Of a DNA stretch of 32,000 bases, positions 9,060 to 18,228 are shown one piece after another. Positions within the stretch are counted from its first letter, which is position 1. The number at the start of each line of letters is the position of its first letter. Origin of the DNA: Schaalia meyeri (lineage in GTDB: Bacteria; Actinomycetota; Actinomycetes; Actinomycetales; Actinomycetaceae); contig NZ_FNLK01000015.1 of assembly GCF_900105015.1 (NCBI RefSeq), positions 1 through 32,000 on the forward strand. The letters are read 5' to 3'. The position numbers were made by a program, and so were the translations under genes. The notes beneath the pieces were generated by a model. That model ran no database searches. It had not been told where the DNA came from and worked only from the letters and a program-made list of their open reading frames with translations.

Positions 9060-9270
9060 GCGTGGCTTGCTTGCTGCTCTTTTGTGTCCGTGGGCGGCGG
9101 CCCGCCCGCTCGATCGCCACACGCGAGCTTAACGGCTCGGAGTGATCGATCTCGAAGCACGGCCAGGCCCCGCCACCACCCACGAACACCAGCAAGATTG
9201 CCACACGCAAGCCCAGTTCGGAACGGTCGACCGCGAAGCCCAGGCGGCCAGCCGCGCGCATGGGCGGGAC

Positions 9271-10113
9271 CTACCGGCTCACGGGCACCCAGCGTGAGAC
9301 CCACTGCGATGCGACGTCCGGCAGGGTCGGCAGGTTCGCCGAGTTGGAAACGTGCATCGCGCGTTCCACGACCTCGCCCGCGGCGGGCATACCGCCGGGC
9401 GGCGTGTACTCGCCCGCGACCGAGTCCGGCGGGACAATCATTTCGACGAGGGAGCCGTCGGGCAGCATATGGAACGCGTCGCGCGTACGATCCAGCAGCC
9501 CTGTTTCCGAGTCGAAGGAATCATGGGTGATGAGGACAGGGACACTCAGCCCGTGCAGGACCTCCTGTGCGGACACCATTGACATGTCGGCGAGCGTGCG
9601 CTTCGAGATCGTGAACTGTCGGCGCACCGACTCCGAATCGTCGGGGATGGTCGTGGTGCCGTGGAGCTCCAAATCCGACAGCTGCACGTCGGAAAACACG
9701 TCATGCCAGTCATACGACAGGGGGCCGAGCACCGGAGACACCAGCACGTAGGTCTGCACGGCGGGCGGGCAGGCGCGCAGGGCGACGGTCGCGCCAAACT
9801 CGTGGCCCACGCACACCTGGCGCTCAAAACCCTGGTCGGCCAGCCAGCCCGAGGCCGACCGGAAATCCTCAATCAGCGGGTCAAATGCGATGATCTCATC
9901 CCCGGAGCCCCCGTGGCCTGAAAAGTCAAAGGTGAGCGTCGCGTACCCGGCGCGGCGCATCGCGCGACCCAGCACGTCAAACATGCCCGACGCATGACTA
10001 TCCGACAAAAAGGTGTGAGAGAAAATCACCGCAGCGTCGCGGCAGTCCACGGGACGTGTGAATGTCCCGGACAGGGACACACCCCGGGGTGTTTGAATCG
10101 TTATCCGGCTCAC
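9271..10113 (-). CDS. Alpha/beta hydrolase fold protein with atypical GHEFG elbow
   Basis: 280 aa with a GTG start. Oxyanion-region-like IFSHTF, elbow VCVGHEFGATVAL, later VLITHDSFD. The fold assignment is by pattern only. Confidence 0.6.
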   Translation of the reverse strand: MSRITIQTPRGVSLSGTFTRPVDCRDAAVIFSHTFLSDSHASGMFDVLGRAMRRAGYATLTFDFSGHGGSGDEIIAFDPLIEDFRSASGWLADQGFERQVCVGHEFGATVALRACPPAVQTYVLVSPVLGPLSYDWHDVFSDVQLSDLELHGTTTIPDDSESVRRQFTISKRTLADMSMVSAQEVLHGLSVPVLITHDSFDSETGLLDRTRDAFHMLPDGSLVEMIVPPDSVAGEYTPPGGMPAAGEVVERAMHVSNSANLPTLPDVASQWVSRWVPVSR

Positions 10114-10372
10114 GGGTCAAACATAGCGCTTCGCTCCTGCCGTGTGAAGAGAGCTCCCACACTGTGCACACATGTGACAGGCCACCGACTGGACGCGCGT
10201 AACCGAGAAAATACTCCACCGACCAACCGGGGCGTGCGAGCCGACAACCACCCCCACTAAGATAAAAGTCGATGTGCACCGACAGGAGCACCCGCACCCA
10301 CCGCGAACGCGCGACGCCCACAGAAGCGGGCCGCGTCCATAGACCCGCCACACGCAGCGAGAGAAGGAAGAC

Positions 10373-10723
10373 ATGGGAACCAAGATCGGGATCCTCATCG
10401 GATTCGGCATCGGATACGTCCTGGGGACCCGCGCCGGACGCGGGCGCTACGAACAGATTCGCGCCGGCGTCTCGAAGCTCCGCCGCTTCCCCGTCGTCGC
10501 CCGCCCCCTGGACGCGGCGGGGCAAAAAATGTCCGACATTGTGCGCGCGGGCGGCGAGCAGGTGACCGATAAGGTAGCCGACGCGGTCAAGGAACGCCTC
10601 TTTGGCACGCCCGCCGCGCAGGCAACGCCCGCCGCGCCCGCACCGCAAATCACGGGGGCCGCGCAAGCAACGCCCGCGGACGCGCAGGTCCCCCAGCCCG
10701 GTTCCACGCCAACGCAACGTTGA
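10373..10723 (+). CDS. Small YtxH-like/hypothetical membrane-associated protein
   Basis: The ATG is preceded by gagaaggaag. The N-terminus MGTKIGILIGFGIGYVLGTRAGRGRYEQI resembles the YtxH-type Gly-zipper helix. The tail is Ala/Pro-rich. Confidence 0.6.
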   Translation: MGTKIGILIGFGIGYVLGTRAGRGRYEQIRAGVSKLRRFPVVARPLDAAGQKMSDIVRAGGEQVTDKVADAVKERLFGTPAAQATPAAPAPQITGAAQATPADAQVPQPGSTPTQR

Positions 10724-10728
10724 ACGCG

Positions 10729-11874
10729 ATGAAAGCCACGGCCTCGTCCATGAGCGAGGACCCCACGCCCGCCGACCGGGAGCCCACGCACGCCCAGGTC
10801 AAGCGCTGGCGCAAGCACCTGGCCGAGGAGCGCATGGAGGCGCGCACCTACCGCGACCTGTCCGAGCGACGCACCGGTGAGGAACGCGCGGTCCTCCTGC
10901 AGCTTGAGGAGGCCGAACGTCGTCACGAGGAGTACTGGCTCGCGCGCCTGGGCGAGCGCGCCCTCCCCGCCCCCAAGCCTCCCCTGCGCACGCGGGCTGC
11001 CGCGGTCCTGGCCCAGCTTTTCGGCACGATCTTTATCCTGGCGATGGCCCAGCGCGCCGAGCAGCGTTCCTCGCGCAACATCGATGACGTGCCCGCGCAC
11101 ATGCTCGCCGACGAACACATCCACGCCGAGGTCATCCGTTCCCTGGCCGCCAAGTCCCGCGAGGCCCTCGCGGGCACGTTCCGCGCCGCGGTCTTCGGCG
11201 CCAACGACGGCTTGGTCTCTAACCTCGCCCTGGTGCTGGGCATCGCAGCGACCGGCATAGATACCCGCGTGGTGCTGCTCACCGGCGTCTCGGGCCTGCT
11301 CGCCGGCGCCCTGTCGATGGCCGCCGGGGAGTGGGTCAGCGTGTGCAGCCAGCGCGAGCTGTTGGACGCCTCGATCCCCGACCCCGACGCTCACCAGGCG
11401 GTGCCCGACCTGGACGTGGACGCGAACGAACTGGCCCTGGTGTTCCGGGCACGAGGCGAGAGCGCGGAAGAAGCGGAAGCACACGCCGCACAGGTTTTCG
11501 CGAAGCTCGCCAAGCCCGCAACCGGCGATTCCGGCGCGATCGCGGTGCGCGCCGCGCTGAGCGGCCCCGCCGAATCCGACGGCGCGGGCGAACAGGTCGG
11601 TACGCCCGCCAAGGCGGCGCTGTCTTCCTTCGGTTTCTTTGCGGCGGGCGCGTTCTTCCCCCTGATCCCCTACGTGCTGGGCCTGACCGGCCCGACCGCG
11701 GTCCTTGTCGCCTGCGTCGTCGTGGGGGCCGCGCTCCTGTTCACGGGCGGAGTCGTCGGCGTGCTTTCCGGCCAGGCACCCGCGCCGCGGGCCCTGCGGC
11801 AGCTCCTCGTGGGCTACGGGGCGGCCGGCGTCACCTACCTGCTCGGCCTGCTCTTCGGCACGACGGTCGCGTAG
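10729..11874 (+). CDS. VIT1/CCC1 family metal transporter with N-terminal ferritin-like domain
   Basis: The N-terminal region (EERMEARTYRDLSE...EEAERRHEEYW) is ferritin/rubrerythrin-like. VIT1 motifs are ANDGLVSNLALVLG and MAAGEWVSVCSQRE. The C-terminus is hydrophobic. An alternative TTG start at 10720 overlaps the upstream stop. Confidence 0.8.
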   Translation: MKATASSMSEDPTPADREPTHAQVKRWRKHLAEERMEARTYRDLSERRTGEERAVLLQLEEAERRHEEYWLARLGERALPAPKPPLRTRAAAVLAQLFGTIFILAMAQRAEQRSSRNIDDVPAHMLADEHIHAEVIRSLAAKSREALAGTFRAAVFGANDGLVSNLALVLGIAATGIDTRVVLLTGVSGLLAGALSMAAGEWVSVCSQRELLDASIPDPDAHQAVPDLDVDANELALVFRARGESAEEAEAHAAQVFAKLAKPATGDSGAIAVRAALSGPAESDGAGEQVGTPAKAALSSFGFFAAGAFFPLIPYVLGLTGPTAVLVACVVVGAALLFTGGVVGVLSGQAPAPRALRQLLVGYGAAGVTYLLGLLFGTTVA

Positions 11875-12167
11875 GGCGATCATCGCGGGTGTTCGGCGCT
11901 GCGCCCGCAACGCCGCCCCGCGCGGACCCGATGCGTGGGCGGTCGGAAAGCCGCGGCGGCATCAGGGGCACACCGCCTGGGCCGAGGCCCGGGCTCGCTC
12001 GGCGGGGGCCGCATCGCGTGCGGTGAGGTCGCGAGCGCTCAGCACCGGGCGCGGGCCGCGTCGCCCGTCTGGGCGGGCTGGGTCCAGATGGGGGTTTGCT
12101 CCAGGTGAGGGCCGACTCCACGCGAGGGCTGCCGCCAGGTGGGGGACCGCCGTGTCACACTGGGCGC

Positions 12168-13118
12168 ATGATGTCGTTTCTTTCTCGGGCGCGCGGCGCG
12201 CTGGTCGGCCTGGCGGTCGGCGACGCGCTGGGCACCACGAACGAGTTCCAGCCGACGGGCACGTTCCCGCCGATCACGGACATGGTCGGGGGAGGCGTGT
12301 TTGTCTTGAAGCCCGGACAGTGGACCGATGACACATCGATGGCGCTGTGTCTGGCAGATTCGCTGCTGGCGCAGGGGCGCTACGACTCCTTCGACGTCAT
12401 GGAGCGCTACGAGCGCTGGCGTTGCGAGGGCTACCGCTCCTCGACGGGACGGTGCTTCGACATTGGAAACCAGGTGAACCACGCGCTGGATGCCTTCCGC
12501 GACGAGCCCCGCGTACCCAGGGGCGCGCCGCGCACGACCAGCGCCGGCAACGGCTCGATCATGCGTCTGGCTCCCGTGGTGATCGCCGGCTTCCCCTCGC
12601 GCGACCCACGCGAGGTGGTCGCAACCGCGGGCCTGAGCGCGCGGGAGACACACTACTCCGTCGAGGCCGAGGCCGGCACCGAGGTTTTCGCAGCCCTGCT
12701 CGTGGGGGCGCTCCTCGGGTGGGAACCCGATCGAATCGTTGACGTCTCCTGGGCGTCGACGGGTGTGTCCCTCGACGATGTCGCCGCGCGGGTGATCAGC
12801 GCAGACCCGACGACGCGCGCCTCGTGGGAGGCCTCGACCAGCGGGTACATCATCGACGGGCTGCGCCTGGCCGTCCACGGCCTGCTGGACTTCTCATCCT
12901 TCGACGAGGCCGTCCTGGCCCTGGCGAACCTGGGCGGGGACGCGGACACGAACGCCGCGATCTACGGGCAGTTGGGCGGCGCCTTCTTTGGGGTCGAGGC
13001 GATCCGACCGTCCTGGCGGGCGCAGATCCACGACGGGGATCAGATTGACGCGCTGGCGTGCGACCTGGTGGCGCTTGACCTGAAGGCGCCGCGCACCCGC
13101 TTCGACGAAGACCTGTAG
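12168..13118 (+). CDS. ADP-ribosylglycohydrolase family protein
   Basis: ARGALVGLAVGDALGTTNEF near the N-terminus and GGDADTNAAIYGQLGGAFFG near the C-terminus are the two metal-binding signatures of the ARH/DraG family. Start set at the ATGATG at 12168. Confidence 0.85.
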   Translation: MMSFLSRARGALVGLAVGDALGTTNEFQPTGTFPPITDMVGGGVFVLKPGQWTDDTSMALCLADSLLAQGRYDSFDVMERYERWRCEGYRSSTGRCFDIGNQVNHALDAFRDEPRVPRGAPRTTSAGNGSIMRLAPVVIAGFPSRDPREVVATAGLSARETHYSVEAEAGTEVFAALLVGALLGWEPDRIVDVSWASTGVSLDDVAARVISADPTTRASWEASTSGYIIDGLRLAVHGLLDFSSFDEAVLALANLGGDADTNAAIYGQLGGAFFGVEAIRPSWRAQIHDGDQIDALACDLVALDLKAPRTRFDEDL

Positions 13119-13251
13119 GAAGCAGGCAGACGTGGCTCGGTCATCCGCGTCTGTGAATCCAGCAAAGATACGGCCGAACGAACGCTCCGGGCAGCCACAA
13201 CTTGACGGCGGTCGGCCCAGCCCCCATCGGAGCGACTAGACTGGCCGTATC

Positions 13252-16200
13252 ATGCCTGATTCTCGTCCCCGCAAGCCGGGTTCACCCGCGCCCCACGCGA
13301 ACCGCCGGGGTAGCGGACGCCCCGCGAGCGCCCACACCCGCGCCTTCAAGCCCTTTACCCCGGAGCAGCTGGCGCAGCGCGCGGCCGCGATCCCGTTGAT
13401 TTCCTTTCCGGACCTGCCGGTGAGCGCGCGCCGCGACGAGATCGCCGCCGCCATCCGCGACCACCAGGTCGTCATCGTCTCGGGCGAGACGGGTTCGGGC
13501 AAAACGACGCAGCTGCCGAAGATCTGCATGCAGCTGGGCCGCGGCGTGGCAGGAATGATCGGGCACACGCAGCCGCGCAGGCTGGCGGCGCGCTCGGTCG
13601 CGGATCGCATCGCCCACGAGCTGGGCCAGTCGGTGGGGCGCGCCCCCGGCCAGGTCGTGGGCTACCAGGTGCGTTTCACAGACGAGGTGGGACCCACCAC
13701 CCTGGTGAAGCTGATGACGGACGGCATCCTCCTGGCTGAAATCCAGTCGGATCCGATGCTGCGCCGCTACGACACTCTCATCATTGACGAGGCCCACGAG
13801 CGAAGCCTCAACATCGATTTCATCCTGGGGTACGTGGCGCGCCTGCTGCCCGCACGCCCGGACCTGAAGGTGATCATCACGTCGGCGACGATCGATTCGG
13901 ATCGTTTCGCCCGCCATTTCGGCGCGTGGGAGGGGACGCCCGGCCAGGGCCGCCTGATTCGAGCGGCCCCCGTGATTGAGGTGTCGGGCCGCACCTACCC
14001 GGTGGAAGTCCGCTACCGTCCCCTGGGTCCGTCGGGGTCGTCCTCGTACACGTCGGAGGCGGCCGCATCCCAGGGCGCGGCGGGGGAGGCCCGTCCCCGC
14101 CCGGACGCGACCGGCCGAACCCCTGCCGACGAGTTCCCCACCGAGGGCCCGCTCCAGCTGGTCCTGGAGGACCCGGACGACGAGCTGGCCACCCTGGGCT
14201 ACGGCGCGGGCGAAGACATCGACGTGGAGACGGCCATCTGTCACGCGGTGGACGAGCTGAGCGCCACGGGCGAGGGCGACATCCTGGTGTTCCTGCCCGG
14301 CGAGCGCGACATCCGCGACACGGAGGCCGCTCTCCTGGACCACTTGAAGGGCCGAGGCCGTCGCGCGGGAGACGACAAGGGCGCGCGCAGCGGGGATATC
14401 GAGATCCTGCCGCTGTACGCGCGGCTGACGGCCGCCGAGCAGCACCGCGTGTTCGAACCGCACCGGCTGCGCCGCGTCGTCTTGGCGACGAACGTGGCGG
14501 AAACATCGCTGACGGTTCCGGGGATCCGCTACGTGATCGACCCGGGTTTGGCGCGCATTTCGCGGTATTCGAACAAGACGAAGGTCCAGCGCCTGCCGAT
14601 CGAGCCGGTCAGCCAGGCCAGCGCGAACCAGCGCGCGGGGCGCTGCGGACGCGTCGCCGAGGGCGTGGCCATCCGGCTGTACTCGCAGGCGGACTACGCC
14701 GCCCGCCCGCGTTTCACGGAGCCGGAGATCCTGCGCACATCCCTGGCCAGCGTCATCCTGCAGATGGCGTCCCTGGGCCTGGGGACAGTGGAGGACTTTC
14801 CGTTCTTGGACGCGCCGGATCGCCGGGCGGTACGCGACGGCGTTGCGCTGCTGGTCGAGATCGGCGCCCTGGCGGCGGGCGGGGCACAGGCAAAACGCGC
14901 GGGCTCGCCGGGAGACTCGGCAGACCCCGGAGCGCTCGCGGCGGATGAGGCCACCGGGGCCGCGACCGGCGCGACCGGGAAGCGGGAGATGGCCGCCGAG
15001 GCGGGGCGTTCCTCGTCCCGCTACCGGCTGACGGCCACGGGCCGGGACCTGGCGCGGCTGCCGATCGACCCGCGCCTGGGGCGCATGCTGCTGGAGGCCC
15101 AGCGCCTGGGGTGTGCGTCGGAGGTGCTGGTCATCGTCGCCGCCCTGTCCATCCAGGATGTGCGCGAGCGCCCGGCGGATCGCCAGGGCGAGGCGGACGC
15201 CTCGCACGCGCGGCTGGCGGACCCGCATTCGGACTTCATCACCTACCTGAACCTGTGGCGTTACCTGGCGGTGCAGGCGCGCGACCTGTCGGGGTCGGCG
15301 TTCCGGCGCATGTGCCGGGCAGAGTTTTTCCACTACCTGAGGTGGCGCGAGTGGCGCGACGTGGTGGGGCAGCTGCGCCAGATGGCGCGGGTGCTGGGGA
15401 TCGGTGCGGAACCGGTGGGGGAGCCGTCTGCGGGCGACGTCGTAGAGGCCGCCCGCCTCGGGGGCGCCCAGGACGCGGCCGTGCGTGCGGTGCTGGCCTT
15501 TGAAGCGGGGAGCGCCAGCGTGGACGCTGACCAGGTGCACCGCTCGCTGCTGGTGGGCCTGCTGTCTTACCTGGGTTCGTGGGACGAAACGAAGCGCGAC
15601 TACGAGGGCGCGCGGGGCACGCACTTCACGATCTGGCCGGGGTCGGGGGTGTCGGGTCACCCTCACTGGGTGATGACGGCGGAGCTGGTGGAGACCTCGC
15701 GGCTTTTTGCCCGCACGGTGGCGCGGATCCGCCCGGAGTGGGTGGAGCCGGCGGCGCGCGGCCTGCTCAAACGCTCGTACTCGGAACCGTTCTGGTCGAT
15801 CGCGAAGGGCGCCGCGCTGGTCCGCGAGCGCGTGACGCTCTACGGGTTGACGCTGGCGGCAAACCGTGAGGTTTTGCTGGGCCGCCTGGGCGAGACGGTC
15901 ATCGACCGGGCCGGGGCTGCCTCCCGTTCGCACGCTCCGCGCGCCGGGTCGTTGGAGGCGGCCGCGGCGGGCCTGGTGTCGGCGTCGCAGGATCCCCGCT
16001 CGTCGGGGTCGTTCGAGCCGCGCCCTTTCGCACATCTGGCGTCGGTGCGCGAGGGGAGGAACGCGCGGGAGCTGGCCCGCGAGATGTTTATTCGTCACGC
16101 GCTGGTGGATGGCCAGTGGCGGGAGCGACACGCTTTTCAGCGCAAGAACGAGGCCTTGGTGGAGCAGGCGCGCGAGGTTGAGCGCCGCAGCCGCACCCAC

Positions 16201-18228
16201 GGGCTGGTCGCGGACGAGCAGGCGCGCTTCCGTTTCTTCGACGACCGGATCCCCGAAAACGTGGCGAGCGCTGCGGCGTTTAACCGCTGGTGGAAGGACG
16301 AGCGCCGCGCCCACCCGGAGGCGCTGACATACCCCGCGTCGCTGCTGATGCCGCGCGACGCCACGTCGGGCCAGGGCTTCCCGGATCGATGGCGGTGCGG
16401 GGAGGTGTCGCTGGCGCTGAGCTACGAGTTCGCGCCGGGCAGCGCCCGCGACGGCGTATCGATGCGCATCCCGATCGAGGTGCTTGAGCGCGTGAGCGAC
16501 GCGGGCACGGACTGGCTGGTTCCGGGCATGCGCGAGGAGCTGCTGACCGAGGCGATCCGCGCCCTGCCAAAGGGTGTTCGCCGCCTGCTGGCGCCCGCGC
16601 CGGACGTGGCCGCATCGGTGGCGCGCTGGATCGAGGCGGCCGGGGACGAGCCGGTGGCAGAGGCGCCCGCGCGGGTTGAGGAGGCACGCGCCCGAAAGGA
16701 CCAGGCCGACCCCCTGAGCCTGGACGCCGCGATGGGCCGCCTGGCGGCCTGGGGCGCCTCGTCGGGCCGCGCCAAGGTGCGCAGCTCCCCCGCGAAGCAG
16801 GCCGAGCGTCCCGCGAAGGACACGCGGCGGGTGAAAGCCGGGCAGGGGCCGACCCGTGAGGGAACGGGCGCCGCGGGAGGGGCGGCAGAGGCGCGGGAGC
16901 GGCGGCCCCTCACGGACGGCAGCGTTTTTGACGCGCTGGCCCGCGCCGTGCGGGTCCTGCGCGGCGTCGACCTGAGCGAGGTCGACCTGGAGCACGCGCG
17001 CGCCCGATTGCCCGACCACCTGCGCATGACCTTCGTGGTCGTCGACTCCTCGGGCCGCGAGCTGGGCGCGGGCAAGGATCTGGCGTACCTGCAGCGGTCC
17101 TTGGCCACCGCCGCGAACGCCGCGGTGCGCACCGCGGTGCGCGCGGCCCTGGAAGAGGCGGGCGAAAAGCGGACGCGCGCGGGGAAGAGCACGCGCGGCC
17201 GCGCCCGGGCGGCGGGATCAAGCCGGGGAAAGGGCGCCCCGGCAGGAAGCGGCGGGAAAAACAGCCCCACCCCCTCGCGCGATGGTGCGCACGAGGGGAA
17301 TGCGGCCTCATCCCCCCGCGAGGATCCCGCGTTCCACGCCGACGCCATCTCCGACATGCCGACCCTGCCGCGTTCGATCACCCAAAACGCGGGCGCCATG
17401 ACGCTGCGAGCCTTCCCCTCCCTGGTGCCGCAGGGCTTTGCGGCCTCCCCCGCCGCCGGCGTGCGCGTCATGGCCAGCGCCGCCGAGGCCGACCGATCCC
17501 ACCGCGAGGGGCTGGCGCGCCTGCTGCTGGGCCGCATCAACCTGGCGACCAACCGGGTGACGACGCGGTGGACGGGGCGCGAGGCCCTCATGCTGGCGGC
17601 CGCGCCCTACCCCGACACGGCCGCCCTGGTCGCGGACGCGCAGCTGGCCTCGGCCCTGGCCCTGGTGGACGAGCTGACCGTCCCGGCAAACGTGCGCGAC
17701 CCCAAGGCCTTCGCGGCGCTTGAGGCGGGTGCACGCGAGGCGCACGAGGACCGCGTGTACCAGATCCTCTCCCACGTCGTGCGCGCCCTGGAATCCAGTG
17801 CCGAGGCCGACGCCACCGTGCGCGCCCACCCCCAGGCCTCGCTGAGGGCCACCACGGGCGACGTCGCCCGCCACGGGGCGACCCTGCTCTACGAGGGCTT
17901 CGTGTCGGCCACGCCCGCCTGTGCCCTGCCGCACCTGGCCCGCTACCTGCGCGCCGGGGCGGTGCGGATCGAGCGGGCCGCGTCCTCGCCGGGGGCGCTG
18001 GAGCGGGACCTGCAGGACATGGAGCGCATCCACCTGGCCGAGGCGGACATCGACTCCGCCCGCGAGGCGCAGGAACGCAGGCCATACGACGCTTCGGCCG
18101 CGCGCGCCCTCACGCAGGCCAGGTGGATGGCCGAGGAGCTGCGGGTGTCGATGTTCGCCCAGACCCTGGGCACGCCGAACAAGGTGTCCATGAAGCGCCT
18201 CCTCGGGGTCCTCGCGGGGGCCAGGTGA
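13252..18228 (+). CDS. hrpA: ATP-dependent RNA helicase HrpA (DEAH-box), enlarged form
   Basis: GETGSGKTTQLPK (motif I), IIDEAHERS (DEAH), SATID (III), TNVAETSLTVPGIRYVID (V), QRAGRCGR (VI), followed by a long HA2/OB and HrpA-type C-terminal region. 1658 aa, including several low-complexity insertions. Confidence 0.93.
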   Translation: MPDSRPRKPGSPAPHANRRGSGRPASAHTRAFKPFTPEQLAQRAAAIPLISFPDLPVSARRDEIAAAIRDHQVVIVSGETGSGKTTQLPKICMQLGRGVAGMIGHTQPRRLAARSVADRIAHELGQSVGRAPGQVVGYQVRFTDEVGPTTLVKLMTDGILLAEIQSDPMLRRYDTLIIDEAHERSLNIDFILGYVARLLPARPDLKVIITSATIDSDRFARHFGAWEGTPGQGRLIRAAPVIEVSGRTYPVEVRYRPLGPSGSSSYTSEAAASQGAAGEARPRPDATGRTPADEFPTEGPLQLVLEDPDDELATLGYGAGEDIDVETAICHAVDELSATGEGDILVFLPGERDIRDTEAALLDHLKGRGRRAGDDKGARSGDIEILPLYARLTAAEQHRVFEPHRLRRVVLATNVAETSLTVPGIRYVIDPGLARISRYSNKTKVQRLPIEPVSQASANQRAGRCGRVAEGVAIRLYSQADYAARPRFTEPEILRTSLASVILQMASLGLGTVEDFPFLDAPDRRAVRDGVALLVEIGALAAGGAQAKRAGSPGDSADPGALAADEATGAATGATGKREMAAEAGRSSSRYRLTATGRDLARLPIDPRLGRMLLEAQRLGCASEVLVIVAALSIQDVRERPADRQGEADASHARLADPHSDFITYLNLWRYLAVQARDLSGSAFRRMCRAEFFHYLRWREWRDVVGQLRQMARVLGIGAEPVGEPSAGDVVEAARLGGAQDAAVRAVLAFEAGSASVDADQVHRSLLVGLLSYLGSWDETKRDYEGARGTHFTIWPGSGVSGHPHWVMTAELVETSRLFARTVARIRPEWVEPAARGLLKRSYSEPFWSIAKGAALVRERVTLYGLTLAANREVLLGRLGETVIDRAGAASRSHAPRAGSLEAAAAGLVSASQDPRSSGSFEPRPFAHLASVREGRNARELAREMFIRHALVDGQWRERHAFQRKNEALVEQAREVERRSRTHGLVADEQARFRFFDDRIPENVASAAAFNRWWKDERRAHPEALTYPASLLMPRDATSGQGFPDRWRCGEVSLALSYEFAPGSARDGVSMRIPIEVLERVSDAGTDWLVPGMREELLTEAIRALPKGVRRLLAPAPDVAASVARWIEAAGDEPVAEAPARVEEARARKDQADPLSLDAAMGRLAAWGASSGRAKVRSSPAKQAERPAKDTRRVKAGQGPTREGTGAAGGAAEARERRPLTDGSVFDALARAVRVLRGVDLSEVDLEHARARLPDHLRMTFVVVDSSGRELGAGKDLAYLQRSLATAANAAVRTAVRAALEEAGEKRTRAGKSTRGRARAAGSSRGKGAPAGSGGKNSPTPSRDGAHEGNAASSPREDPAFHADAISDMPTLPRSITQNAGAMTLRAFPSLVPQGFAASPAAGVRVMASAAEADRSHREGLARLLLGRINLATNRVTTRWTGREALMLAAAPYPDTAALVADAQLASALALVDELTVPANVRDPKAFAALEAGAREAHEDRVYQILSHVVRALESSAEADATVRAHPQASLRATTGDVARHGATLLYEGFVSATPACALPHLARYLRAGAVRIERAASSPGALERDLQDMERIHLAEADIDSAREAQERRPYDASAARALTQARWMAEELRVSMFAQTLGTPNKVSMKRLLGVLAGAR

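Noticed and set aside
8863-9261. 132-aa - strand ORF starting 9 nt after the alpha/beta hydrolase stop. It has GC3-rich codons and one hydrophobic stretch (LRVAILLVFVGGGGAW).
   Set aside because: It has no SD. It runs through the 9033-9059 hairpin and overlaps the 3' end of the convergent PfkB gene by about 160 nt, and it has no recognisable motif. A short real peptide in the 9023-9261 gap cannot be excluded but is unsupported.
10150-10175. Palindromic tgtgcaca within cacactgtgcacacatgtg in the divergent promoter region between the hydrolase and the YtxH-like gene, considered as an operator.
   Set aside because: Only an 8-bp perfect palindrome, the flanks do not extend the symmetry, and there is no second copy. 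This is too weak to call a regulatory site.
13202-13242. Sigma-70-like promoter for hrpA (ttgacg at 13202-13207, tagact at 13237-13242).
   Set aside because: The spacer is 29 nt, far from the 16-19 nt optimum. The tagact box alone might drive a near-leaderless transcript, but that is not supportable from the sequence alone.
13282-17019. 1245-aa ORF antisense to hrpA. Similar long antisense or out-of-frame ORFs occur at 765-1781(-), 2181-3677(-), 10447-11910(-), 12039-12878(-), 22175-23356(+), 23010-24236(-) and 28206-30035(+).
   Set aside because: These are typical high-GC shadow ORFs. Their translations are Arg/Gly/Pro/His-rich with no recognisable motifs, and each is fully overlapped by an ORF on the other strand or frame that carries clear family signatures.
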